A stretch of 64,000 bases of DNA, from assembly GCA_963796955.1 (NCBI GenBank), contig CAWCNJ010000008.1, forward strand, positions 384,001 through 448,000, read 5' to 3'. The translations under genes were made by a program, and so were the position numbers. How positions within the stretch are numbered: the stretch's first letter is position 1; every line of letters starts with the position of its first letter. Positions 49,543 to 59,211 of this stretch are shown in pieces. Source of the stretch: Endomicrobiales bacterium (GTDB lineage Bacteria > Elusimicrobiota > Endomicrobiia > Endomicrobiales > JALOBY01). The notes under the pieces are model-generated. The model was not told the origin of the DNA. It saw nothing but the letters and a program-made list of their open reading frames with translations, and did no database searches.

Positions 49543-50499
49543 ATGAACAGGCTGAAACCAAAAGTCGCTGTCATCGGTGCAGGCAGCGTGGGCAGCACCT
49601 TTGCGTTCGCGCTGATGACCAGCGGCCTGGCCAGGGAGATCGCACTGGTGGATGTCGATCAGAAACGCGCTTACGGCGAAAGCCTGGACCTGAGCCACGG
49701 GCTGATGTTCATTAAACCGGTGAATATCCATTCCGGCGGTTATGAGGCTTGCGACGACGCGGACCTGGTGGTAGTTACCGCCGGTGCGCGGCAAAAACCG
49801 GGGCAATCAAGGCTGGACCTTGCGGCCGTTAACACTGAGATCTTCAGAACCATGATCCCGGAGATCGCCGCTAGAGCAAAAAACGCGATAATCCTTATAG
49901 TCACCAACCCCGTTGACGTGCTGACCTATGCCGCTATAAAATTTTCCCGATTGCCCCCGGGCCGGGTTTTCGGTTCCGGAACGGTGCTGGACACCGGCCG
50001 CTTGCGCTACGCCATCAGCGGCCATTGCGGCGTAGACGCCAGGAACATTCACGCCTACATCATCGGCGAGCACGGCGATAGCGAACTGCCGGTGTGGAGC
50101 GGCGCCAACATCGGCGGCGTGCCGCTCACGAACTATTGCGCCCAATGCGGCAGCGGCAACAGTTGCAACGGCGACAACGCGCTGAAGCAAATATTCACCG
50201 ATGTCAAAGACGCCGCGGCCCAGATAATAGCAGCAAAAGGCGCCACCAATTTCGCCGTAGCAAGGGCGCTGGTAACCATAACCGAAGCGATCCTGCGCAA
50301 CGAGAACTCCATCCTTACGGTTTCTGCCCCGGTAGAGAATTACCTGGGCATCAGCGGCGTATGCCTGAGCCTCCCCTGCATCGTAAACCAGGACGGCGTC
50401 AACAGATTCTTAAAGCTAGATCTCTCACCGCTGGAACAGGAACAGCTGGTAAATTCAGCAACCGCAATTAATAAGGTAATCAAATCGCTTAACATTTAA
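49543..50499 (+). CDS. ldh: L-lactate dehydrogenase
   Basis: VIGAGSVG, GARQKPGQSRLDL (Gln specificity residue), NPVD, SGTVLDTGR and GEHGDS motifs. Confidence 0.93.
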   Translation: MNRLKPKVAVIGAGSVGSTFAFALMTSGLAREIALVDVDQKRAYGESLDLSHGLMFIKPVNIHSGGYEACDDADLVVVTAGARQKPGQSRLDLAAVNTEIFRTMIPEIAARAKNAIILIVTNPVDVLTYAAIKFSRLPPGRVFGSGTVLDTGRLRYAISGHCGVDARNIHAYIIGEHGDSELPVWSGANIGGVPLTNYCAQCGSGNSCNGDNALKQIFTDVKDAAAQIIAAKGATNFAVARALVTITEAILRNENSILTVSAPVENYLGISGVCLSLPCIVNQDGVNRFLKLDLSPLEQEQLVNSATAINKVIKSLNI

Positions 50500-50531
50500 T
50501 CCTCTCCATTACACTCAAAACCAAAAATTTT

Positions 50532-50540
50532 TGATATAAT
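50532..50540 (+). promoter_or_regulatory. Extended -10 promoter upstream of the R-M locus
   Basis: TGaTATAAT preceded by an AT-rich tract. Confidence 0.55.
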
Positions 50541-50614
50541 ATAAATGTCGCTGCCAAAGCTTACATATGATGACAGGGGAATTCATGAGGGCATTGACGC
50601 TGAATATTTAAAAC

Positions 50615-50651
50615 AAACACCTTGAGCACTTAACTGTGCTGGGTGTTTTTT
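50615..50651 (+). terminator. Intrinsic terminator-like hairpin just upstream of hsdM
   Basis: AAACACC-ttg-AGCAC-ttaact-GTGCT-g-GGTGTTT then TTT. Confidence 0.6.
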
Positions 50652-50669
50652 GCTGTAAAAGGATAACGA

Positions 50670-52123
50670 ATGTTCGAACAGGTATTTAAGAACATAGATG
50701 ATATACTGCATAAAGATGCCGGTTGTTCAAGTGAGCTGGATTATGTAGAGCAGACGTCGTGGATATTGTTCCTGAAATATCTTGATGATCTTGAAAGAGA
50801 CAGGAAGACCGCCGCCGAGCTTTCCGGCAAAACCTGCTCGAATATAATCAAGCCGGAATACCAATGGAATGCCTGGGCGTTTCCCAGGGGGAAAGACGGC
50901 AAGCTGGATCACCATAAAGCCCTTAATGGCCCCGACCTTACAGAGTTTGTTGATACCAGGTTATTTCCGTACCTGAAAAAGTTTAAAACCGAAGCCGAAA
51001 GCGCCGATACCATTGAGTACAAGATCGGCGAAATATTCAGCGAGCTGAAAAACAAGATACAAAGCGGTTACATCCTGCGCGAGGTGGTTAACCGTATAGA
51101 AGAGCTAAGGTTCAGATCCAGCGCAGAAAAGCACGAGATGTCCCACCTGTACGAAGATAAGATCAAAAACATGGGCAACGCCGGCCGCAACGGCGGGGAA
51201 TACTATACTCCCGGGCCCTTATTAAAACAATCGTTAAGGTTACCGCGCCGGAGATAGGCGACAAAATATACGACGGCGCCGCCGGTTCCGCGGGCTTTTT
51301 ATGTGAGGCCTTTGAGTATCTGAAAGAAAGCAGAAAGCTTACTACTAAAGACCTGGACACCCTGCAAAAGAAAAGTTTTTACGGCAGGGAAAAGAAATCG
51401 CTTGCCTACATAATCGGCATAATGAACATGATATTACACGGCATAGAAGCGCCAAACATTGTGCACACCAACACCCTTTCCATAAACCTTGCCGACATAC
51501 AGGAAAAAGACCGTTACAAAATTATCCTTGCCAACCCGCCCTTCGGCGGTAAGGAGCGCACCGAGGTGCAACAGAATTTCCCGATTAAAACCGGCGAAAC
51601 CGCCTTTTTGTTCCTTCAGCACTTCATAAAAATCCTAAAAGCCGGCGGCAAGGCAGGCATAGTAATTAAAAACACCTTCCTTTCAAACACCGATAACGCC
51701 TCTGTTTCCCTGCGCAGGCATTTGCTTGAAAGCTGCAACCTGCACACCGTTTTAGACCTCCCCGGCGGCGCCTTCACCGGCGCGGGAGTGAAAACGGTAG
51801 TCCTCTTCTTCGAAAAAGGCGCCCCGACAAGAAAGACCTGGTTTTACCAGTTAAACCTCTCCCGAAACCTCGGCAAAACTAATCCGCTAAACGAGACCGA
51901 CCTCACCGACTTCATTAAACTGCAAAAAACTAAAGCCGAATCCGCCAATTCCTGGACGATGAACATCGCAGATATCAATAAAGAAACTTATGACCTTTCT
52001 GTAAAAAACCCAAACAAAAAAGACGAAGTGGCCCTGCGCGATCCGAAAGAGATTTTAAAGGAGATCAAGCATCTGGACGAAGAGAGCGTTGCAATTTTAA
52101 AGATAATAGAAAGGGGATTGTAA
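50670..52123 (+). pseudogene. hsdM: Type I R-M methyltransferase HsdM with a -1 frameshift at 51210-51212
   Basis: GEYYTP joins RALIKTIV...YDGAAGSAGFL...ANPPFGG when one C is added. Confidence 0.9.
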
Positions 52124-52572
52124 TGCCTGAAATCAATTTGAGTCAGTCTGAAGCCCAAGCACTGATAGATATGGAAAAAGTGAAGATTGATGACCAGACT
52201 ACAAAATATCCTATACTCGGTGGTAGCATCACGATACCGCTTGTTTCTAGAAATAAACGTGAAAGCTTTTTACTGGATGTCAGCAGAGGGAAGATTGATT
52301 TATCAAAAGGCACGCATCAGAACAGGGCATTGCAGATAGTTATTCTGGTAAGACTGGATTTTGGCGGCAGGCCGCACAGAAATCCTGATAATCAGGAAAT
52401 ACCGGCACCCCATTTGCATGTTTATCGTGAAGGCTTTGGAGATAAGTGGGCTGTTCCACTCCCTGCTGCTCACTTCCCGAACATAAATGACCCGTGGCAA
52501 ACATTGCATGACTTTATGAAATACTGTAACATTGTTGAGCCACCCAATATCGAACGGGAGTTATTTCAATGA
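52123..52572 (+). CDS. Hypothetical protein (DUF6978-like)
   Basis: LVRLD.GG.PHRNPD...[13 protein letters not shown] pattern; coupled to the hsdM stop. Confidence 0.65.
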   Translation: MPEINLSQSEAQALIDMEKVKIDDQTTKYPILGGSITIPLVSRNKRESFLLDVSRGKIDLSKGTHQNRALQIVILVRLDFGGRPHRNPDNQEIPAPHLHVYREGFGDKWAVPLPAAHFPNINDPWQTLHDFMKYCNIVEPPNIERELFQ

Positions 52573-53333
52573 TAAATGAAATTCAGAATTTGCTTGATAA
52601 ATACTTGTTGTGGCTGAAAGACAGAACAGCCCTTCGCCAGGTACAGGACTGGATTGAAATAACTACGCCGTATCTTGACAGACATAATGACTATATGCAG
52701 ATTTATGTTAAACGAGAAAATGGCGGGTACATTCTCACTGATGATGGATATACGGTAGGTGATTTACGGCAATCAGGCTGCGAGCTGGAAAGCAGAAAAA
52801 GGAAGGATTTACTTGCGCTTACCTTGAATGGCTTTTGTGTTGCATTGAAAGATGATGCGATTACCACACACGCTTCATCTGAGAACTTTGCATTGAAAAA
52901 ACACAATCTGGTGCAGGCGATGCTCGCGGTAAACGACCTTTTCTATCTTGCAGCGCCGATGGTTTCAAGCCTGTTCCTTGAGGACGTTACCTCATGGCTA
53001 AACACATATGAGGTGCGTTATACACCGCGCGTAAAATTCTCCGGTAAGTCCGGCTATGACCATATGTTTGATTTTGTTATCCCTGCCTCCAAGAACTACC
53101 CAGAGCGCATTTTGCAGGTAGTAAACCGCCCCAATCGGGATACGGTACAGTCATTTGCTTTTTCCTGGATAGACACAAAAGAAGTCCGCCCCGACAACTC
53201 GCTGGCTTACGCCGTGTTAAATGACACCGATCACGCACCAACCTCAACAGTTCTTGATGCTCTTAAAAATTATTGTGTTAAGCCCATTTTATGGAGCCAG
53301 AGAGAAGATATAAAACTGGAATTGATTAACTGA
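52569..53333 (+). CDS. DUF1828/DUF1829-like protein
   Basis: [11 protein letters not shown] and LTDDGYT (N-terminal); GKSG.DH.FDFVIP and LND (C-terminal). Confidence 0.72.
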   Translation: MINEIQNLLDKYLLWLKDRTALRQVQDWIEITTPYLDRHNDYMQIYVKRENGGYILTDDGYTVGDLRQSGCELESRKRKDLLALTLNGFCVALKDDAITTHASSENFALKKHNLVQAMLAVNDLFYLAAPMVSSLFLEDVTSWLNTYEVRYTPRVKFSGKSGYDHMFDFVIPASKNYPERILQVVNRPNRDTVQSFAFSWIDTKEVRPDNSLAYAVLNDTDHAPTSTVLDALKNYCVKPILWSQREDIKLELIN

Positions 53334-53441
53334 GTGGCAATAAGCATCAGATGGAAAACAGGGGAATCTTAAGTATAAAAATAAAACTAAAATGAATATC
53401 GAATTATTTAACTCAGTGTTATTCACACATAAAATTTTTAA

Positions 53442-54170
53442 ATGAAGAAAGTTATACTTGAGGCTATCATTTCGGCGTTTTCGTTAACTGCTTTCGTCTT
53501 AGGGCTGCTTAGAAGTTTACAAGCACTGTCTACGCTTAAAATTCCGACTTATCCAATCACATATTTTATAATTCTATTTTTAGTATTGCTTATATCTTGG
53601 CTAGTGTACTATTTCAAGAAATTGCACACAGTAAATCTTCCTTTAAGAAGCATCAAACTACCGTCAACTAATAATGAAAATTCAAATACCAATACTATCG
53701 AAATCGTAAACATGTGGAATTCGTTATTATTGAGGTTGATTGACCAAATGATAAAAACAAAAACATGGATAGACAGTGGCAATACACCTGCAAAGGTAAT
53801 TGAAATCCGAAACCAAAATTCAGAACTAGTCTTTGTGGTTCAGCAGGGCAGCTTGAATGGCATGCAATCAGATTTGGAATGCAGTTTTTATATCGAAGAA
53901 GAGCGATTATGCCATGAGATGGCCTCACTCACTATTTTCAATGTTCAGGATTCAATTTCCTCTGCTAGGGTTGCCGAAATTAAAGATGAGCAATCAATTA
54001 ATGCTATAAAACAACAAATAATATCGTCAGGAATACCATTCATGAATAGTGGGATGTTTATCAAACCCATTCTTTCTAGGGATATCAATGATTATACAAC
54101 AACTGAACTTGAGAGAATTAAGAAACTAATGTTGTACTTTTACTTACGTTATAATAAGCTGGTAAACTAA
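53442..54170 (+). CDS. Hypothetical AT-rich protein with 2 N-terminal TM helices and a beta-barrel-like domain
   Basis: Two hydrophobic segments, then AKVIEI...VVQQGSLNGM...LTIFNVQ. Confidence 0.65.
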   Translation: MKKVILEAIISAFSLTAFVLGLLRSLQALSTLKIPTYPITYFIILFLVLLISWLVYYFKKLHTVNLPLRSIKLPSTNNENSNTNTIEIVNMWNSLLLRLIDQMIKTKTWIDSGNTPAKVIEIRNQNSELVFVVQQGSLNGMQSDLECSFYIEEERLCHEMASLTIFNVQDSISSARVAEIKDEQSINAIKQQIISSGIPFMNSGMFIKPILSRDINDYTTTELERIKKLMLYFYLRYNKLVN

Positions 54171-54180
54171 AGGAGGATTT

Positions 54181-54576
54181 ATGCCAAAAATTGAAGGAAA
54201 AATAATTCGTATTCTAAGTAATCAACGGGTCATCATAGATGTTGGGATCGAGCAAGGGGTCAAAAGTGGGATGATATTTAAAATTGCCAGCGAAGCTGAA
54301 ATGATCAAGGATCCTGTTACAGGAAAAGATATTGAGAAACTCGAAATAATTAAAGGTGAAGTGATCGCGCAACATGTTCAAAATAAATTCACCATTTGTG
54401 AAACTCCACTGATAAATGACTACGCTGTTACTTTAGCTGCTTTATTTGGATATTCGAGTTCAACCAAACGCGCTTCGTTAATCGTAGACCAAAAAGAGAT
54501 CACGCCATTGTCTGACTCTGCTGTTGTCAAAGTCGGAGATATTGTAATTTGCCAGGTTGCCGATGTAATAAAATAA
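54181..54576 (+). CDS. Small beta-barrel protein resembling the FlgT C-terminal domain
   Basis: AAGGAGG RBS; GKIIRI...VIIDVG.EQGVK.GM.F.I...DPVTG...VKVGD pattern. Confidence 0.65.
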   Translation: MPKIEGKIIRILSNQRVIIDVGIEQGVKSGMIFKIASEAEMIKDPVTGKDIEKLEIIKGEVIAQHVQNKFTICETPLINDYAVTLAALFGYSSSTKRASLIVDQKEITPLSDSAVVKVGDIVICQVADVIK

Positions 54577-54587
54577 TATTTAATAAA

Positions 54588-55790
54588 ATGAAAAATACCT
54601 GGCAATCAAAAAATCTTGGTGACGTTTGCGATGTTATAGGTGGTGGTACTCCATCAAAGGCGGTGGATAGTTTTTTCGGTGGGCACATTCCGTGGGCTAC
54701 TGTTCGGGATATGAGAAGCGATATTATTGAAGATACAGAATGTAAGATTACGGATAAGGCTGTAAAAAGTAGCTCAACAAATATTATTCCCAAAGGGAAT
54801 GTGGTTATTGCAACCCGGGTGGGGCTTGGCAAGGTGTGTTTGTTAAAGCATGACACCGCGATCAACCAGGATTTGCGCGGAATTCTACCAAAAAACGCGA
54901 AAGAACTTTCAGTAGCCTACTTGTTTCGGTGGTTACACAGCATTGCCCATGTTATTGTTGCCGAAGGAACTGGCGCAACTGTACAGGGTGTAAAACTTCC
55001 ATTTATAAAAGCCCTGAAAATCCCGCTGCCGCCGCTTGCCGAGCAAAAGCGCATCGTAAAGATTTTGGATAAAGCCTTTGCTTCGATTGTGAAAGCAAAG
55101 GCGAACGCCGAAAAGAACCTGGCCAATTCCCTCGAGCTGTTTGAATCGTATTTACAGGATGTCTTCGGAATGTCGACCCTTGGATGGAAAGAAAGGGCTA
55201 TTGAGGAAATTGCCATGGTCATTAATGGCTATAGTTTCACGAGCCACGACTTTTCGTCAAAAAATCATGTCAAATCAATTAAAATTACTAATGTAGGAGT
55301 CAATCAATTTGTTGAAGATCCTGAGAATCTTTTGCCGAAGGGCTTTGCTGACAAACATATGGAATATAAAGTCAAAAAGGGTGATATAGTATTGGCATTG
55401 ACCAGAACACTTATCTCGTCAGGTTTAAAAGTGGCCATAGTGCCTGAAAGTTATGATGGCGCTTTGCTGAATCAGCGAGTTGCCGCGATAATAGTCAATG
55501 AAGATGTTGTCAATAAGAAATATCTGTACTCATTTTTAGGCGGCAATTTCACAAAAAAATATGTTTTGTCGCATGTGAATACCTTAATGCAGCCAAATCT
55601 GTCAATTATTGATTTGAAAAGATTACCTGTTCCTGTTCCTTCAATTAAGCAACAACACCAAATAGTCGCAAAACTGGACGCGCTTTCGGGTGAGACTAAG
55701 AGGCTGGAAGAGATTTACCGGAAAAAGATAGCGAACCTGTATGAGCTGAAGAAGGCCCTGCTCCAAAAGGCTTTTAAGGGGGAGTTGTAA
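54588..55790 (+). CDS. hsdS: Type I R-M specificity subunit HsdS (two TRDs)
   Basis: GGGTPS, IPLPPLAEQKRIV, LNQRV, QPNL and LLQKAFKGEL motifs. Confidence 0.93.
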   Translation: MKNTWQSKNLGDVCDVIGGGTPSKAVDSFFGGHIPWATVRDMRSDIIEDTECKITDKAVKSSSTNIIPKGNVVIATRVGLGKVCLLKHDTAINQDLRGILPKNAKELSVAYLFRWLHSIAHVIVAEGTGATVQGVKLPFIKALKIPLPPLAEQKRIVKILDKAFASIVKAKANAEKNLANSLELFESYLQDVFGMSTLGWKERAIEEIAMVINGYSFTSHDFSSKNHVKSIKITNVGVNQFVEDPENLLPKGFADKHMEYKVKKGDIVLALTRTLISSGLKVAIVPESYDGALLNQRVAAIIVNEDVVNKKYLYSFLGGNFTKKYVLSHVNTLMQPNLSIIDLKRLPVPVPSIKQQHQIVAKLDALSGETKRLEEIYRKKIANLYELKKALLQKAFKGEL

Positions 55791-55793
55791 CCA

Positions 55794-56822
55794 ATGAAGA
55801 TAAATCAACAGCCGGCCAAACAAAATAGTTTCACGGAGTTCATCCTTTACACCACGCCAAACGGCAAGGTGAAGGTTGAGATATTCCTTAAGGACGAAAA
55901 CATTTGGCTTACCCAGAAAAGAATGGCTGATCTTTTTGGCGTCGGTGTTCCTGCCATTAATAAACACCTCACAAATATCTTTAAAACGGGTGAACTACTG
56001 GAAGATTCAGTTATTTCCAAAATGGAAATAACTGCTAATGACGGGAAATCATACTCAAACTTATTTTATAACCTTGATGCGATTATTTCCGTGGGCTATC
56101 GTGTCAATTCTCGACAAGCTACTTTATTCCGAATTTGGGCTACAGAACGGCTAAAAGAGTATATCATCAAGGGTTTTACCATGGATGATGAACGACTTAA
56201 GAACCCCAACAATATTTTCGGTAAAGACTATTTCGAAGAACAGCTTGCCCGTATTCGTGACATTCGCAGTAGCGAACGTAGGTTTTATCAGAAGATTACA
56301 GATATTTATGCGCAATGCAGCGCAGACTACAGTCCTGATGAAAAGATTACCAAACAGTTTTTCGCTACGGTGCAAAACAAACTGCATTGGGCAATTAGCG
56401 GCCAGACTGCTGCGGAAATCATTCACGCCAGAGTTGATAGTGGAAAGCCCAATATGGGGTTAACCAGTTGGAAGAATGCGCCCAAAGGCGCTATTAGCAA
56501 AACAGATGTGAGCATTGCGAAGAACTATTTAAATGAAAAAGAGCTTAACGGTCTAAATAGAATTGTTTCTATGTACCTTGACTATGCCGAAATGCAGGCA
56601 TCCCGAGGCAAAGTGATGTACATGAAAGATTGGGTAATCAAGCTTGATGCATTTCTACGTTTTAATGAAAGAGAAGTACTGCTGGATAGTGGAAAGGTTA
56701 ACCACAATGTTGCTGTGGCTTTAGCAGAGAATGAGTACGAAAAGTATAGGATTATTCAATCGAACACCTTAGAATCAGATTTTGACAGAGTTGTTAAACA
56801 GATTGAAAAGGGCAAGAAATGA
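55794..56822 (+). CDS. RhuM-family protein
   Basis: IWLTQKRMA.LF, YNLDAIISVGYRVNS and IRDIRSSERRFYQK motifs. Confidence 0.9.
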   Translation: MKINQQPAKQNSFTEFILYTTPNGKVKVEIFLKDENIWLTQKRMADLFGVGVPAINKHLTNIFKTGELLEDSVISKMEITANDGKSYSNLFYNLDAIISVGYRVNSRQATLFRIWATERLKEYIIKGFTMDDERLKNPNNIFGKDYFEEQLARIRDIRSSERRFYQKITDIYAQCSADYSPDEKITKQFFATVQNKLHWAISGQTAAEIIHARVDSGKPNMGLTSWKNAPKGAISKTDVSIAKNYLNEKELNGLNRIVSMYLDYAEMQASRGKVMYMKDWVIKLDAFLRFNEREVLLDSGKVNHNVAVALAENEYEKYRIIQSNTLESDFDRVVKQIEKGKK

Positions 56823-59119
56823 ACGAAGCGGATACCCGGGCGGAACTAATTGAACCTCAGCTGAAGGCGAGCGGGTGGGGCATTGTTGAGGGTTCAAAAA
56901 TATTGCGGGAATATTATATTACTGCCGGAAAAATTCAGGCCGGCGGGGGGCGGATGGAGAAACTCAAGGCTGATTATGTGCTTTCCTATAAAGGCCGTAA
57001 GCTTGCCGCCGTTGAAGCCAAAAGCGATGAAGAGGAAGTAGGCGAAGGCGTGGCGCAGGCAAAGAACTACGCGCAAAAGCTGTGCCTGAATACCGCCATA
57101 GCCTGCAACGGGAAGGTTATCTATCAAATAAACGTGACCACTGGCCGGGAAGGTGCCGTCGCCGCTTTTCCATCGCCTGTCGAATTGTGGAATACAGCTT
57201 TTGAGAAACAGAATATGTGGCTGGATAAATTTAATACCGTGCCGTTTGAGGATATCGGCGGAACAAAAGAATTGCGCTTTTATCAGGAGATTGCCGTTAA
57301 TAAGACCATGGCGGCTATAGCGGAAGGCAAACAGCGCGTTCTGCTAACCCTTGCCACCGGTACGGGAAAAACGTTTATCGCATTTCAGATAGCATGGAAG
57401 CTGTTTCAAACCCGCTGGAATCTGAGCCGCGACGGCGCACGCAGGCCGCGCGTGTTGTTTTTGGCGGACAGGAACATATTAGCCAACCAGGCCTTTAACG
57501 ATTTTTCAGCCTTTCCCGAAGACGCGTTGGTGCGTATAAGCCCCGAAGAGATAAACAGGCGCGGCGGTGTACCCACCAACGGCAGCGTATTCTTTACCAT
57601 CTTTCAGACCTTTATGAGCGGACCGGAGAACACACCTTATTTCGGTGAATACCCCAAAGATTATTTTGATTTTATCGTTATAGACGAATGCCATCGCGGT
57701 GGGGCCAATGATGAAGGCAGCTGGCGGGCTATCCTGGAATATTTCTCGCCTGCGGTGCAGTTGGGCTTAACGGCTACGCCGAAACGTGAAAACAACGTGG
57801 ATACGTACCGGTATTTCGGCGAGCCGGTATATGTGTATTCGCTTAAAGAAGGCATTAACGACGGCTTCTTAACCCCGTTCAAAGTAAAGCGCATTAAAAC
57901 TACTCTGGACGATTATGTCTATACCTCAGATGACAGCGTTTTGGAAGGCGAGATAGAGCAGGGGAAAGTATATACCGAAACCGATTTTAACAGGATAATT
58001 GAGATAAAGGAACGCGAGGCCAAAAGAGTTAAGGTGTTTTTATCGGAAATTAACCAGAAAGAAAAATCTATAGTATTTTGCGCCACGCAGGACCATGCGC
58101 TGGCTGTGCGGGAGCTGGTAAACCAGTATAAAGAGAGCAAGGATCCTTTTTATTGCGTGCGCGTTACGGCCAACGACGGCGCCATGGGCGACCAGTATTT
58201 AAGCGATTTCAAGGATAACGAAAAAAGTATACCTACCATACTTACCACCTCACGCAAACTTTCAACCGGCGTGGATGCCCGCAACATCCGCAACATAATA
58301 CTGATGAGGCCGATTAACAACATCATCGAATTCAAGCAGATAATCGGACGCGGCACACGGCTGTTTGACGGCAAGGATTATTTTACCATTTACGACTTTG
58401 TGGACGCCTACCGGCATTTCCTCGACCCTGAGTGGGACGGCGAACCGCTGGATGCGCCCGATGACGTTGAGCCAAAAGAACCAAAAAAACTTTCCGAGGT
58501 AAAGGAACCGAAACCGGTAAGCGATCCTACCGGGCCGGTGCAGAAGATTAAAGTTAAGCTTGCGGATGGAAAAGAACGCGAGATACAGCACATGGTTTCA
58601 ACCTCTTTCTGGGGCGCTGACGGCAAGCCGGTTTCCGCTGAAGAGTTTATGCGTAATTTGTACGGTGCCCTGCCGGAATTCTTCAAAAATGAAAAAGAGT
58701 TGCGGCGGCTATGGTCTGATCCGGTGACACGCAAGGCGCTTTTGGATAAACTATCTTCTGCCGGCTATGACATGGATGTGCTGGCCAGCCTGCAAAAGCT
58801 GATCGACGCCGAAAAGAGCGACCTGTTTGACGTGCTTGAGTATATCTCCTTTGCAGTAAGCCCGATTACCAGGGAAAAACGCGTCGCGATAGCACAGGAA
58901 AAAATATTTGAGGGCCTTGATAACACGCAGAAAGAGTTTCTGGATTTTGTACTGGACAAGTATGTTGAAGACGGCGTAGAAGAATTGGGCCAGGAAAACC
59001 TACCCGACCTGCTTACGCTTAAATATCGCGCGCTTGAAGATGCCACCGCTATCCTTGGCGGAGTTCAGAATATCCGTTCAACGTTTATGGGGTTTCAAAA
59101 GTATTTGTATGAGCGCTAA
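56819..59119 (+). CDS. hsdR: Type I R-M restriction subunit HsdR (EcoAI/EcoEI-like)
   Basis: ADY...VEAK nuclease motif; ATGTGKT, DECHRG, TATP, LSTGVD and QIIGRGTR motifs. Confidence 0.95.
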   Translation: MNEADTRAELIEPQLKASGWGIVEGSKILREYYITAGKIQAGGGRMEKLKADYVLSYKGRKLAAVEAKSDEEEVGEGVAQAKNYAQKLCLNTAIACNGKVIYQINVTTGREGAVAAFPSPVELWNTAFEKQNMWLDKFNTVPFEDIGGTKELRFYQEIAVNKTMAAIAEGKQRVLLTLATGTGKTFIAFQIAWKLFQTRWNLSRDGARRPRVLFLADRNILANQAFNDFSAFPEDALVRISPEEINRRGGVPTNGSVFFTIFQTFMSGPENTPYFGEYPKDYFDFIVIDECHRGGANDEGSWRAILEYFSPAVQLGLTATPKRENNVDTYRYFGEPVYVYSLKEGINDGFLTPFKVKRIKTTLDDYVYTSDDSVLEGEIEQGKVYTETDFNRIIEIKEREAKRVKVFLSEINQKEKSIVFCATQDHALAVRELVNQYKESKDPFYCVRVTANDGAMGDQYLSDFKDNEKSIPTILTTSRKLSTGVDARNIRNIILMRPINNIIEFKQIIGRGTRLFDGKDYFTIYDFVDAYRHFLDPEWDGEPLDAPDDVEPKEPKKLSEVKEPKPVSDPTGPVQKIKVKLADGKEREIQHMVSTSFWGADGKPVSAEEFMRNLYGALPEFFKNEKELRRLWSDPVTRKALLDKLSSAGYDMDVLASLQKLIDAEKSDLFDVLEYISFAVSPITREKRVAIAQEKIFEGLDNTQKEFLDFVLDKYVEDGVEELGQENLPDLLTLKYRALEDATAILGGVQNIRSTFMGFQKYLYER

Positions 59120-59171
59120 TGTCGTTCCGTAAGTATGGGAAGTTGTATATTTAAACACCGAAAGTTTTTTC

Positions 59172-59200
59172 TTGACAGCAGGGAACAAAAATTATATAAA
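59172..59200 (+). promoter_or_regulatory. sigma70 promoter of the decarboxylase gene
   Basis: TTGACA-17 nt-TATAAA. Confidence 0.55.
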
Positions 59201-59211
59201 TGCGTACTTAA

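Noticed and set aside
50545..50610. c-di-AMP (ydaO) or fluoride riboswitch in the hsdM leader
   Set aside because: GCTGAAT and GGGGA occur in the wrong order for ydaO and the fluoride consensus is absent; kept as an unknown leader.
54588..55790. hsdS shufflon or phase-variable specificity
   Set aside because: Only one hsdS is present; I saw no silent TRD copies, flanking inverted repeats or recombinase.
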